From the IMG/VR virus record IMGVR_UViG_3300028859_000015: a stretch of 64,000 nucleotides of DNA. One strand, written 5' to 3'. This DNA comes from a virus. Taxonomy: Duplodnaviria; Heunggongvirae; Uroviricota; Caudoviricetes. Under the pieces are notes generated by a model that was not told the origin of the DNA, did no database searches, and saw nothing but the letters and a program-made list of their open reading frames with translations. Below, one piece after another: positions 29,868 through 40,916 of the stretch; within the stretch, counting starts at the first letter, position 1, and each line of letters opens with the position of its first letter. Made by a program: the position numbers and the translations under genes.

Positions 29868-30097
29868 TTTGTATCTCCTTCTTTGGTAGTTTAATAATCT
29901 GTAATTCTTTTATGTTAAAGTAATTATATGATGGATCATTAATCAAGTTAGATATAGGACACCCAAGATCTTCCAAACAACTCAAATAACGTTTAGCCTC
30001 TCGTTTATACTTCCACATTACATCAAAAGCATAACAAAAACCATTTTCAGAGTAATAAACTTTAAGATACTCTCCAGAAAGAATATGTAAAATACAT
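29855..30097 (-). pseudogene. frameshifted HIPTG/EFEIIEI family copy
   Basis: ATGTATTTTACATATTCTTTCTGGAGAGTATCTTAA: the start codon is out of frame with the ILHILSGEYLK...ELQIIKLPKKE body. Consistent with a small deletion right after the start. Confidence 0.5.
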
Positions 30098-30099
30098 TA

Positions 30100-30321
30100 T
30101 TAATGTACCCAAACTATATCAAACTCAGAAATAAGTGGAGAATAGTAAGCAGTATTGCCTTCAATAAAATGAGTAAGTTGAGATGAACGCCGATCACCAC
30201 CACTAAAATAGTAGTTAAATACCTTCTCTATTTCCTCTTTAGACTGTGTTTTATATATCTCATGACCATCTTTAACACGCACTAAAAAACTTCAGCTTGG
30301 TATATGTAGAATTGCCCACAT
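30100..30321 (-). pseudogene. HIPTG/EFEIIEI family copy with in-frame TGA at the conserved Gly codon
   Basis: ATG TGG GCA ATT CTA CAT ATA CCA AGC TGA: MWAILHIPS*, where the family has IP[ST]G. The remaining frame continues to ...EFDIVWVH. The ORF track only recovered a GTG-initiated fragment at 30100..30282. Confidence 0.5.
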
Positions 30322-30524
30322 TAACCCACCAAAATTTCTGGGAATGGAATATTAAGTTTAGTTATATAATCAACTGCTTCATTTGTCCTATTTTTAGCTG
30401 ACTCAATAGACAAACCATGTAAAACAAGCTGAGTAAATAAAGCAGCATGGTATCTTCTACCTGCTTCTTCTCTATCATAACTAATTGTTTGTGTTTTCTT
30501 TTCTTCTGTCATAAGGTAATCCTC

Positions 30525-30926
30525 CTAAAATGGACACTCTTTTATAGAGTCCCATAACATACCCCAGCCACCTAAATCATCGTCAGTCTTGTTAATTAAA
30601 CGACAACCTCCAATATGTGTTTGACCAATAGCAACTAATCCTACATGGATATCATCCTCACCTACTTCAAAAGAATAATAATAAGGACATTTATCACAAT
30701 AAGAACCCTTAGGAATAACAGATAAATCAGGTAATCTTCCATTGTGGAGCTTTTGCCAGCTCCTAATTACTCTTTTAATGTAATTCCTATATTTAATATT
30801 CTTATAATGATTTCTTTTACGAGTAAGTTTATTACTAACTTTCAGATATTTAATATGAGCGCTAAATGAGGTAAATGAGGTAAATGCTGTAACAAAGCCT
30901 AAGGAAGTCACGCTTTCCTCCAACAT
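30525..30926 (-). CDS. hypothetical protein
   Basis: 133-aa ORF containing YCDKCPYYY. Confidence 0.4.
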   Translation of the reverse strand: MLEESVTSLGFVTAFTSFTSFSAHIKYLKVSNKLTRKRNHYKNIKYRNYIKRVIRSWQKLHNGRLPDLSVIPKGSYCDKCPYYYSFEVGEDDIHVGLVAIGQTHIGGCRLINKTDDDLGGWGMLWDSIKECPF

Positions 30927-31225
30927 AAATAGTAGACTAAATAAGAAATGGATGGGATGTAGCGAATTGAACGCTATCTAAAACCTTCAAAGGGTCCTGT
31001 GCTACCGTAACACCTCATCCCAATAACTCTATTATCGTCCAATTTTTATTTTTCTTTATAGATAATATCCAATACCAAGCATAAAAATATCAGCATCTTT
31101 ATTGTTATCTGTTATTACTCTATCAAATAAGGCCTTTGTTGATTAGTTTTACCATAAGAAAAATCAATATCTTGAGAATATAATGATAAACAAGACATAA
31201 CTAATACTAAACTCATAGATTTCAT

Positions 31226-31438
31226 TTATTCCTCCAATTCTATAATTTCATAGAGGTTCTTATTTTTGAGAGCATCATACCTATACCACATACAATCGTT
31301 ACAATTAGTACCATAACACTTTTTATATTTTATACAAGCTCTTGTTATTACATAAAACAAATCATGAATCTTATTTTCTTCTATACAAGCTTCTTCAAAC
31401 TCTCCAGTTGGGATATGTAGACTTCTATATTTCTTCAT
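31226..31438 (-). CDS. HIPTG/EFEIIEI family member
   Basis: YRSLHIPTGEFEEA ... LYEIIELEE. Confidence 0.55.
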   Translation of the reverse strand: MKKYRSLHIPTGEFEEACIEENKIHDLFYVITRACIKYKKCYGTNCNDCMWYRYDALKNKNLYEIIELEE

Positions 31439-31529
31439 TTTTTCTCCAAATTTTCATAAATATCTGTAAGCACTTTACAATACAGCCCTAATTACTGGGC
31501 TGTATGTTAAAATACTTAAAGAATAATAA

Positions 31530-32387
31530 CTACTTCTTTGTTACATCAAGAAAGGGTGTAGGACCGTTTCCCATATATTCTGGAAGTTTCCCAGACCACT
31601 TACTGATTGCCTTTTCTTGAAGATCGTAGGAGCGCCACTGAAGAAGTGCAGGTGTAAGTGAGGAAGCGAGAGCCTGATTAGACTTTGCTTCTCCTTCTGC
31701 TTTAGCAACTTGCTTCTTTGCCTGAGCCTCTGCTTCTCTTAGTTCATTTTCTGCTTTGATAGCATTCTGTGTTGCAGAAAGTTTTGAATTAATAGCATCA
31801 ACAAACTGTTGAGGAGGACGAGGAGCTCCAACAAAACCAAGAGACTCAATTACAAGACCAGTATCCTTGAATTCATTATTTAGACGAGTTTTAACTTCAG
31901 TCACAAAGGCTTCCTTTTTAATTCCGTAAATATCTTCTGCAAGATATTTGGAAGCTACATTGTTAAATTCATCTCTTGCTGTTTGCCTCATAATACCATG
32001 TGTAAATTCACTAATTTTATCAGACTTATATTTAACATAAAAATATGGAATCTTTGCCTGCTCTAGATGATAGCTCAAATGTACATCTGCATTAAAAAGC
32101 AGTCCATCTTTAGAGTTAAAAGTGATTGATTCATCTACTGGATTTCCTTCTTCTAGGGAGTGAGTCCATACTGCTGTTTGAACAAAAGTTGGATAAGCAA
32201 TTACACTTGCTGCAATAGGATTATAGAATACCCAACCAGTTCTTACTGGAATATCAGCTACTCCACGAGAGGAACCTGCCATTGACACAACAATTCCATC
32301 CTCTCCTACACCAATTCTCGAACAAGCAGTAATAGAAAACATAAACATAAACAAAAGCGCAGTAAAGAACGGCAAAAATTTCTTCAT
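31530..32387 (-). CDS. SPFH/band-7 (prohibitin/HflKC-like) lipoprotein
   Basis: Lipoprotein signal MKKFLPFFTALLFMFMFSITAC. C-terminal SATQNAIKAENELREAEAQAKKQVAKAEGEAKSNQALA is typical of SPFH coiled-coil tails. Confidence 0.65.
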   Translation of the reverse strand: MKKFLPFFTALLFMFMFSITACSRIGVGEDGIVVSMAGSSRGVADIPVRTGWVFYNPIAASVIAYPTFVQTAVWTHSLEEGNPVDESITFNSKDGLLFNADVHLSYHLEQAKIPYFYVKYKSDKISEFTHGIMRQTARDEFNNVASKYLAEDIYGIKKEAFVTEVKTRLNNEFKDTGLVIESLGFVGAPRPPQQFVDAINSKLSATQNAIKAENELREAEAQAKKQVAKAEGEAKSNQALASSLTPALLQWRSYDLQEKAISKWSGKLPEYMGNGPTPFLDVTKK

Positions 32388-32394
32388 GTTAGTT

Positions 32395-32610
32395 TTATTC
32401 CTTAGAAGAAGTAGTGTTAGGTGCGATAAACTTGGTCCAAATCCAATGATAAAGCCAAGGGCTAAATACTACAAGACTTCCAATAACACAATAACCACAG
32501 AATATAGCTAAATTTGAAGCCATATTAAGAAGTTTAAAAGAACTTCCTATAATAACTAAAATAAACAAAGTTAAAATACCCATCAAAAATAAACCCAATC
32601 TAATTTTCAT
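32395..32610 (-). CDS. small two-TM membrane protein, possible NfeD-like partner of the SPFH protein
   Basis: 71-aa hydrophobic ORF immediately upstream of, and co-oriented with, the SPFH gene. Confidence 0.4.
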   Translation of the reverse strand: MKIRLGLFLMGILTLFILVIIGSSFKLLNMASNLAIFCGYCVIGSLVVFSPWLYHWIWTKFIAPNTTSSKE

Positions 32611-32929
32611 CTTTTCTCCTATTTACTATAACTAATAATTATATCTGAGTGACGCAATAAAAACATTATAGTAGACCAAACTACCAAAGTAATAAAGGAA
32701 ATATTAATAATATCATACACTACTTCTACTAAACACTCACCTAATTTTTTTAGAAATTTCTTCATTCTTTCTCCTTTAGTGTATATTTAAATTGGTTAGA
32801 TAGGGTATAATATTTCTACTATACCCTATCTATTTGAGGTTTACAGAGCGCTTTTTCAAACAACTAATAGTTATCGTTCTAAAGCCGACCTTATTTTCTG
32901 TAAATCCTCTGACTATTTACTTTAACAAT

Positions 32930-33307
32930 TTATTCAATAATATGCTTACTAATCAAAGAAAGTTCAAAACCATTAAGAACATTAGTATTACAATCAATAT
33001 GAAAATATCGCTTGCTCTTCAGCACGAAATTCTGCATAGCATAATACATGTCATTGGGAACAACAATATCAGAATTTGGTTTAAAAGCTTCCAGACGACG
33101 CATAGCAATCATCAAACCCTTATTCTTATCATAGGCGTTTCGTTCCATATCCTTCTCATGGGTTAGAGACCATCCAAAACGAATAGAACCGTTGTGAAGC
33201 TCTGCAACCATGATACCGTAAGGTTCACCAAGAAAGGGCTTACCATCAGAACGAAGACCAGTGTTAACAGGCTCAAAACGGAGATATTCACGGATAGAAG
33301 TATTCAT
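32930..33307 (-). CDS. hypothetical protein
   Basis: 125-aa ORF. Confidence 0.4.
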   Translation of the reverse strand: MNTSIREYLRFEPVNTGLRSDGKPFLGEPYGIMVAELHNGSIRFGWSLTHEKDMERNAYDKNKGLMIAMRRLEAFKPNSDIVVPNDMYYAMQNFVLKSKRYFHIDCNTNVLNGFELSLISKHIIE

Positions 33308-34104
33308 TGTATTGCTCCTCAGTGGATTTGAGAGTTTGCGATAGACTATTACGAAATGTAATAGCTACCAAGTATTAATAAATAAATATATTAATAAAAT
33401 ATATTATACTGTCTGAACTGACCAATAATTAAAAGAATCCCCAAAAGAAGGACGAACAATTACAAACGTAAGGACCTCATCAAGAGGCTGTGTGGAAAGC
33501 AAAATAGCCTTTTTATACTCTTTCGTAGAAGGCATCTTACCCTTCTCAAACTTCTGAGAAACCCATTCACCATTATTCTGTTCAAGCTGCCATTCAAAAA
33601 GCATCTTTATCTCCTTATACCAGTGGAAGTTTGATGGACCAATAAAATACAAACTTATGATAATTTCTAACATAAACTAAGGTAGCAAATGACCAGCCAC
33701 TTTTACCGTCTTTTTCAGTTTTTTGAATCAGAGCAAAATACCAACCCAAAACGTTTCTATAAAACTCTAAGAAACTTAATTTATTAAGTTGTTTAATTAT
33801 TTCCAAGAGTCTTTTCACGCTGTCTCCCTGAAACCCTCTTCTTCTTTTCTACTACCTTAACTTCTGTAGTTTCCTCAGAAAAGGCCGGAATAACAACTTC
33901 CTTTACCTGCTTAATATTTCGTGCCTCAAGCTTCCAACACTTCTTAGAACAAAACGACCATCCCTTATTATTTACTAGGTCTTCTGCGTTTTCATTACTT
34001 ACACGCTTAATTTCATTGTCTTTTGATACACATTTCATATCTCTAGTCTCCTCATATGGGCTAATTATAAAAATTACAGTCTATTCCTGGGAGAATATTA
34101 TACC

Positions 34105-34608
34105 TTATTTTTTATTAGTGATAATAGAATAAATAGTCTTGCCTTCCATGTTTGGAGAAGCTTCCACATTATAATTATTAAACATAGACATTACCCTAGA
34201 AAGCATGGCAAATCCTACATCTCTATGGGCAAGTTCTCTCCCCTTTAAAGGAATACTAATCTTAACCTTATTACCATCAGCAAGAAACGATAGAATGTGT
34301 CTTACTTTCACACCCAAATCATTGTCTGCTATATTAAGCTTAATTTTAATTTCCTTAAGAACCTCTACTTTTTGATTTTTTTTAGCCAGCTTTTCTTTTT
34401 GGATAAGAGAGAACCTATAACTATCATACTTCATAATCTTACAAGTAGGAACAGTTGGGGAAGCAGAAACCTCAATCAAATCAAGGTCTTTACTCTCAGC
34501 CAATTTAATGGCGTCTGAAGTAGCCATTTTACCTAAAAACTTATTAGTATTATCTACTACATTAACTGTAAGGGCCTTAATTCCATCATTGATTACGATT
34601 TCAATCAA
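34105..34608 (-). CDS. infC: translation initiation factor IF-3
   Basis: Collinear similarity to bacterial IF-3 over both domains: LDLIEVSASPTVPTCKIMKYDSY vs [23 protein letters not shown], and QKVEVLKEIKIK...GNKVKISIPLKGRELAHRDVGFAMLSRV vs QKVIQVKEIKFR...[28 protein letters not shown]. Confidence 0.85.
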   Translation of the reverse strand: MIEIVINDGIKALTVNVVDNTNKFLGKMATSDAIKLAESKDLDLIEVSASPTVPTCKIMKYDSYRFSLIQKEKLAKKNQKVEVLKEIKIKLNIADNDLGVKVRHILSFLADGNKVKISIPLKGRELAHRDVGFAMLSRVMSMFNNYNVEASPNMEGKTIYSIITNKK

Positions 34609-34897
34609 GTGACTATATCTCCAGATAGGGTTATGAGCTAATTACTTTAATTTTATATTTTTTAATTATTTCTTGATGAAGTATTAAATAATCATCTATG
34701 AATAGTTTTGGAACTCTATCTCCTACTAATTCTTCTTTTGTCTTAGGGTCAGTCCATGAAATTTTGCCAAACTCACATGTAGAATAATCAAGCGTTACAA
34801 AACTCATTCAAATTCTCCTTTAAAATAAAAAATCTGGCGGAATTAGGCCAATCCGTTAGGCTTTTCCGGCAAGAGAAAGCACCAGTAGTTATTACTT

Positions 34898-36076
34898 CTA
34901 CTTACTTGTAATAACCTCAATCTCTACCCTACGATTAATTGCAGACTCTTTTGAGGTCTTTCCAACTGATTTAATATTTTTAGAAGGAATTCCAGCATTA
35001 ATAAGAGCATCTGAAATTACTTTTGCTCGTTGATTACTGAGCCGTTCATTAAATGAGGGAGTTCCAACTACCGATGTAAAACCAGAAATATTTAGTAGAT
35101 AATCATTACGATTTTTAAGGTCATTAACTAAATGACTAATTACAGCTTGACCTTCTGAAGAAATAATTGCCTTACCATTATCAAAATGAATTACCACTTC
35201 GTCCAAAGTGATTTTAACATTATGTGAAACAGGTTCTTCAGTAATAACTACTGGTGCTACTGGAGGAGCAACTACAACTGGGAATGTAGTAGCTACAGGA
35301 ACAATTACTTTAGGCTGATTAATTTCTTTAAGAGCAAGAACAACCATTCCTTCAGTATAGACAGGCTTAGCTGTGGCATGATTAAAACCAGTGCCACCAG
35401 AAGAAGCTTGTGATTGGTTCATCTGATTGCCATTAATACCGCCAGCAACATAACCAAGACCTAACCCAAAACCAGTACTTGAAGTTGCCTGACCAGTTAC
35501 TTTTTTCATTAGAAAAATAGAATCAGCACCTGTATCAAGAGCTTCAAGGACAGCTTTACCAATTACATCAACTGTGGTTGCCTTTTTATTTCCCTGAAGA
35601 AAAATAAAAGCCCTTCGTTCGAACTTACTATCGTCTGGAACCAAAGTATCCTTACCATCAGAACCGGTAATCTTTTTCAAAGGAAGCTGAGTAAGAAGCT
35701 TACACTCTTTAAACTGAATAGAACCATCAGCCATTCTATTTATACGTGCCGAAACTCCTCCATTATACATCAACTTAGCCTGTTCAAGACTAATGACCTC
35801 AGGAAGGAGACGCAAATCATCGATAATGTTACTGCCCGTATTCCAGGGCCCAAGATAAGGGAGCACAGGAGCCTGATAGGGTTGTACTGCATTAGTAAAA
35901 AGTCTTCCAGTAGTTGGATCTGAAGAAGCAAAATTCTGAGTTAGAACAGCAGCCGCATTGTTATTGGCGCTTGATGTTGTACTTGTTCCTAAAACTGGAG
36001 TAGCAATCACAGAGTTAGACTGTGCCGACAAGGTTACTGCTACAAGCGTAAGAGCAAGAAATGGGATAATTTTCAT
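34898..36076 (-). CDS. secreted OmpA-C-like (peptidoglycan-binding) domain protein
   Basis: Signal peptide MKIIPFLALTLVAVTLSAQS. C-terminal NISGFTSVVGTPSFNERLSNQRAKVISDALINAGIPSKNI...NRRVEIEV matches the OmpA/MotB C-terminal domain. Confidence 0.7.
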   Translation of the reverse strand: MKIIPFLALTLVAVTLSAQSNSVIATPVLGTSTTSSANNNAAAVLTQNFASSDPTTGRLFTNAVQPYQAPVLPYLGPWNTGSNIIDDLRLLPEVISLEQAKLMYNGGVSARINRMADGSIQFKECKLLTQLPLKKITGSDGKDTLVPDDSKFERRAFIFLQGNKKATTVDVIGKAVLEALDTGADSIFLMKKVTGQATSSTGFGLGLGYVAGGINGNQMNQSQASSGGTGFNHATAKPVYTEGMVVLALKEINQPKVIVPVATTFPVVVAPPVAPVVITEEPVSHNVKITLDEVVIHFDNGKAIISSEGQAVISHLVNDLKNRNDYLLNISGFTSVVGTPSFNERLSNQRAKVISDALINAGIPSKNIKSVGKTSKESAINRRVEIEVITSK

Positions 36077-36087
36077 TTACTCTCCTA

Positions 36088-36819
36088 TTACTTAGAAACT
36101 ACTGGGCAAGCTGAGGAAGTCACAGAAGCCGAAGAAGCTGCAGAATATCCATTTCCAAGATTAGATACCTGTGAATAGCCGGTTTGAATAGTATAACCAT
36201 TTCCTGACCATGTTCCATTTGAGCCATTTCCAGAGGTTCCAGAAACTGAGAAACTAAAACCACCAGTAGTAGAGCTAGAGGCAAAAGCACCATTTGTTGG
36301 GGAAAGTCCAATACCATTAGCATTTGTAATAGTGGTAAAATTACCAATAAGTGCAGAAGTTCCTGTAGATAGACTACCATAACCAATAAGAGAGAAACTA
36401 TCAGAGCCACACGGACTATTAGTTAGAGATACAGACCCTGCTCCTGAAGTAGAACCATTGGTCCAAGAACCTACAGTATTTGTTCCTTGAATAAGAGAGC
36501 CATTAACTACAGTGTTACCTATAGTGTAACCTGAACCACTTCCTGATTCATCTACAGGACAATTAGAGGGTGAGGACATTGAAGAAGAGAAGCCAATATA
36601 GCCTGTCTGCGAGCCACCTGCACCAAACGAGGATGAATAAACATTAGAAAGAGACAACCCAGTTCCAAGAGTAGTTGGAAGATTATAATTAATAGTTCCC
36701 TGTGTTGCTACACCATTAGTCTGTGTAGCAGTCCCATAAAAACTAGTAGCCTCCTGTGCCACCATAGGAGCAACAGAAGAGATAACAAGAGCAGCAAAAA
36801 GAGAAGTAAACTTATTCAT
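36088..36819 (-). CDS. secreted Ser/Gly/Thr-rich low-complexity protein
   Basis: Signal peptide MNKFTSLFAALVISSVAPMVAQEA. More than 50% S/G/T/N. Confidence 0.55.
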   Translation of the reverse strand: MNKFTSLFAALVISSVAPMVAQEATSFYGTATQTNGVATQGTINYNLPTTLGTGLSLSNVYSSSFGAGGSQTGYIGFSSSMSSPSNCPVDESGSGSGYTIGNTVVNGSLIQGTNTVGSWTNGSTSGAGSVSLTNSPCGSDSFSLIGYGSLSTGTSALIGNFTTITNANGIGLSPTNGAFASSSTTGGFSFSVSGTSGNGSNGTWSGNGYTIQTGYSQVSNLGNGYSAASSASVTSSACPVVSK

Positions 36820-37477
36820 GGTATTTCTCCGTAAAAGGCCAATAATTAGGCCATATTTGAGCTGAATTGATCAAATTAGTTATTAATTACTTCCCTAATT
36901 TCAGAAGTATGGGTATATTTATTACTATTAGGCCAAAAAATAACCAAAATAGAGCCTACAGCAGATTCAGTAATAATGTCTGAGCTTGAGGCAGGACCCA
37001 TAAAAAGCGGAATATACTTTGCAGACTGAAGAACGATTTCGGAATACTGTTTATACTCACCATCATTACCTTGATTATAGGTAGGTTCTTTAGTTCCAAT
37101 TAATCGTCTCACTTGTTTATTTTCTACATCAAGTTCGTACATAGAATTTTGAGTTTTAATTAGAGTGGTCATTTTTGTTCCTCCAAGAAAAATAGCAGTC
37201 TTCTTGACTGCTATTATTAACTTAAAAACTACTACAACTACTTACAAACGAGCCTACACTCTACCACTGAATTAGACAGCCTTTGTTTAGCAATCATTTG
37301 CGCTATTAATGCTTCTTCCTCTTCTGGTGTCATCAAATCCCAATTTAGCAAGAGTTCTCCTATGGATTAACTAAAAATGGTAGCCCTAGTAGGTGCTGCC
37401 CCTACGACTTCCGACTTATAAGGTCGGCACTCTACTGTTGAGTTACAGGGCCTTCTAATCAAATTATCGGCTATTTC

Positions 37478-37699
37478 TTACATTGCTTTAATGCTTTTTA
37501 ATGTTTCTATATAATCATCTACTGCCAGTTCAAACTCTTTCTGTACATCACTTGGAGTATCTGCTTGAAACATAACTAAGTCAGTTATACCAAGCAACTT
37601 ACCATGATACGCTTCTGTGTGTGTATCAAACTCCACACTACATTCATAACCTTTATAACAAAGATTAGGTTCCATATTATCTCCAATAAAAATTAACAA
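37478..37699 (-). CDS. HicB-like (UPF0150) antitoxin-fold protein
   Basis: YKGYECSVEFDTHTEAYHGKLLGITDLVMFQADTPSDVQKEFELAVDDYIETL resembles the HicB N-terminal domain pattern. No HicA seen nearby. Confidence 0.4.
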   Translation of the reverse strand: MLIFIGDNMEPNLCYKGYECSVEFDTHTEAYHGKLLGITDLVMFQADTPSDVQKEFELAVDDYIETLKSIKAM

Positions 37700-37994
37700 T
37701 ACTTATTAATAAGTTTAACATCTTCTATAAGAGACATAAATGACCTTTTACCAGAACTCACTAACCAACTTTCTTGAGAATTTAATCTTAAATGATTATT
37801 TGGACTAGTTCTTTGTATAGAATCCCCAGTAACAAGCTCAAAGGGACCCACCGATTTAAGCACTGTCTTTATTTCTTCCAACTCAAGTTCTAAGTCTATA
37901 ATTTTTATTTCATCATCAGACAAACCTAAAAATTCTTGTGTATTTGAAACAGTATATCCAGCTTTCTCTAATTTGGCTTTAAGTTGTTCGTCCA

Positions 37995-38447
37995 TTATTT
38001 TAGATATCCCATTTCTTCTAGGGTTAGAACAATATAATTAGCTAATTCCGTTATTTTTTCAGAAGTTAATTCATTACTACTATGAAAAAAACCATTATTA
38101 ATAAAAGCCATACCAAAAGTTCTTGCTAGTATATCCCTATCATACTCCTTTGAATCACCACCAGAATAGACAATACCTTGAATTGGCTTTATAAGTTTAT
38201 CAGCAAATTCTGTGGCCTCTTTAAATGCTTCCTCTTCTTCTTTGTTATTAAATGACAGAAACCTACCAAAATCATAACAAGTTCTAACAAAATTAACATC
38301 CAATATTACTTTTGGAGTATTGTCATCTATAAACAAGCTTACTGGATACTCTCTGTACCCATCATATTTTTTAATATCAGGATAATTACTTTCTTCTTTG
38401 GGATAAATAGATAGGCATTTGTTATATCTCTCATCACTATCTTGCAT
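37995..38447 (-). CDS. hypothetical protein
   Basis: 150-aa ORF. Confidence 0.4.
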   Translation of the reverse strand: MQDSDERYNKCLSIYPKEESNYPDIKKYDGYREYPVSLFIDDNTPKVILDVNFVRTCYDFGRFLSFNNKEEEEAFKEATEFADKLIKPIQGIVYSGGDSKEYDRDILARTFGMAFINNGFFHSSNELTSEKITELANYIVLTLEEMGYLK

Positions 38448-39835
38448 CTATCATTTCTCCTATTAGATATATTAAATTGGATGACCTTCATCCAATTCAT
38501 CAAATGGAATAAAAGCAGTATAAATATTAGATCTATTATTAATAAGAACTGTAGAAATATCTTCTTCAAAAGAACAATCTATAATATTTTGCTCTACTAA
38601 TCTTTTCTCAATAGTATTAGCATAATCTACATCGTAATATAGGGATGATTTTGTATTTGATAACATTACAGCTCCTGTTGATTACAATTTAATTATTAAT
38701 GATTTTACTTATCACTGAAGAGTATCGGTAAAATACTCTCCAGGTATAAATAAAATGATTAAAGGTTAGAGTTTTTCTCTAAATTTTTTGGGAACTCTGA
38801 ATGAAAATTTACCTCCTTCAAGATTAGTAAATACCTCCATTGTTTTTCTATTGAAGGAAGGAACTACAGTATTAGGGTCCAATAAAAGTACTACCAACAT
38901 ATGTTGTTCAAGCTTTGAGGCAGCTTCTTCATTCTTGAAACTATCTCCAAGCCAATCAAAAAGAAGTTCAAAAGTCATATACTCTCCTAATTATTAAGAG
39001 CACACTTAGGAGTAAAGGGCATAGAGAATTTGACCCACTTCTCACCCTTTGGAGCATCCTCACATCGAGCATACCAGCATGCTTTGTGAGTAGTATTCTT
39101 CTCACTTCCACGCTTCTTTTCCAGTTTTCTCAGACCAGTAGGAACCTGAATCTTGCTTCCACCTTTAGCCATTTAGATATTCTCCTTGCAGCCTATTAGT
39201 AAATCTATTTAATGTGGCTGAGACATTAAATAGTTTTTGTAGCTTCTTTATGCCAAATTTTAGGATTGTGTGTAAAATCTATGTCCAAACAATCATTACA
39301 ATAACCACTATTAATAATACTTTTAGCATCTAATGTATTATCTTCTTTTACTTCTTTTTTACACCCAAGACATGTATGCATTTATTTACTCCAGAAGAGT
39401 AAGTTTGTTTTCATAGTTAGAGATAGCCTTATTTAAATATTCTTGTTCTTTTTCATTATAGTTTCTACTTTCAAGTAAATTTTTATTGTAATTTAGCATA
39501 AAATTATAGACTACTTTCCAATATTGCTTTTGTTCTGGCGTCATTTTCTCTATATTAGATTCCATATATTCTCCTATTTATAACGTAAATGATCGTAAGC
39601 ATGTGGATAAAATTGATTAAAAGTACACTTATGAAGAGTGAATAACATTCTATCATAAGAAGGCCCATTAATATACATGTTATGTAAATACTCATAATTT
39701 TTATTATTTATCATACCTATTTCAGCCCTTATTAAATTCAATAACCTAAGTCTAAATTTAAAAACTAAGGCATTTCTTATTAGAAGAATAATAGGCGCAC
39801 CTATTAAAATTAGAGGAATAATTTCCCATATTATA

Positions 39836-40276
39836 TTAAACATACTTTTGTAATGCTTTTGTTAATGCTGGACACATTTTAAGACTAGTATATTTAGGAA
39901 TATCTGTAAGTAGCACATACTCAAATCTATCCACTTCTGGAAAATTTCTATTATACATTTCAAAAGTAGATGTACACAGCATATTATTAATATTAGGTAT
40001 AGTATCTTCCATATCATATAAGAACAAATGAAGCTTCTTATAAGGAAGATAATCAAAGATACCTAAATCAAGAAATCCATCACTATCATTAGTATTTGTA
40101 AAATCAATACTTGTTTCTTCTTTAAGTTCCCTAATTACACAATCAATAGGAGTTTCCCCATTTTCTAAAACACCTTTAGGTAAATCCCATTGAGGCTGAT
40201 TAGTTACATGGCAAAGCAAGACTCTTTTTCCTTCAAGACTATTAATAAGCAGAATCAATCCGCAAGAAGTTAGCAC
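39836..40276 (-). CDS. Nudix hydrolase
   Basis: Nudix box GVLENGETPIDCVIRELKEETSI. Confidence 0.85.
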   Translation of the reverse strand: MLTSCGLILLINSLEGKRVLLCHVTNQPQWDLPKGVLENGETPIDCVIRELKEETSIDFTNTNDSDGFLDLGIFDYLPYKKLHLFLYDMEDTIPNINNMLCTSTFEMYNRNFPEVDRFEYVLLTDIPKYTSLKMCPALTKALQKYV

Positions 40277-40916
40277 AGTCGTATTCTCCTATTTTCCAGT
40301 AAATTGCTTTTTCTTAGCCAAAAACTGAGGATGAGTTTGATAGTCACAACCACTTTCTTGACACCACTTTGTAAATGGGTTATGAATAAGGACTAAACCA
40401 CATTTCTCACATACTAAATACGGTAAGCATTTAATTTTTTTCTTAAAACTATGCTGTTCCATTATTCAATCCAATAAAGAAAATTTATAACAGCTAAAAC
40501 AGTAAAACATTCAGCCCAGATATACCTGCCAGCATTAAAATCAATGACTGCCATCAAAGCACACAAAATTGCTGCAACCAAACTAGGTTTCATTATAGAC
40601 ATATTCGTTTCTCTTCATTATCTGCAATGAACTCTTCTAAATCAGGTGAATGAAATTCTTGAATCTTACCACATTTAAGACAAATTTCAAATTTAACATA
40701 TTCTCCATCTCCCAATCCAATATCTCTGGGAACATATCCAGTATATTTAAGATTTTTCATAGTAAGAGAGAATTTGTCAGAACATTTAGCCTGAACATTT
40801 GCGATTTTAGGATTACCACAACAAGCATTCATTTTAGGTTCTCCAAGAAAAATCAATTAACTATAATTAAATATATGGTAATAAGCCCCAATCTTGTTAA
40901 TCAAAGGAGATTTTAA

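Noticed and set aside
30292-30294. In-frame TGA at a conserved Gly codon as evidence for a TGA=Gly genetic code (code 25).
   Set aside because: All long ORFs in the window (802, 595, 522, 443 aa) are intact under the standard code with TGA used as a stop. A single occurrence is better explained as a pseudogene.
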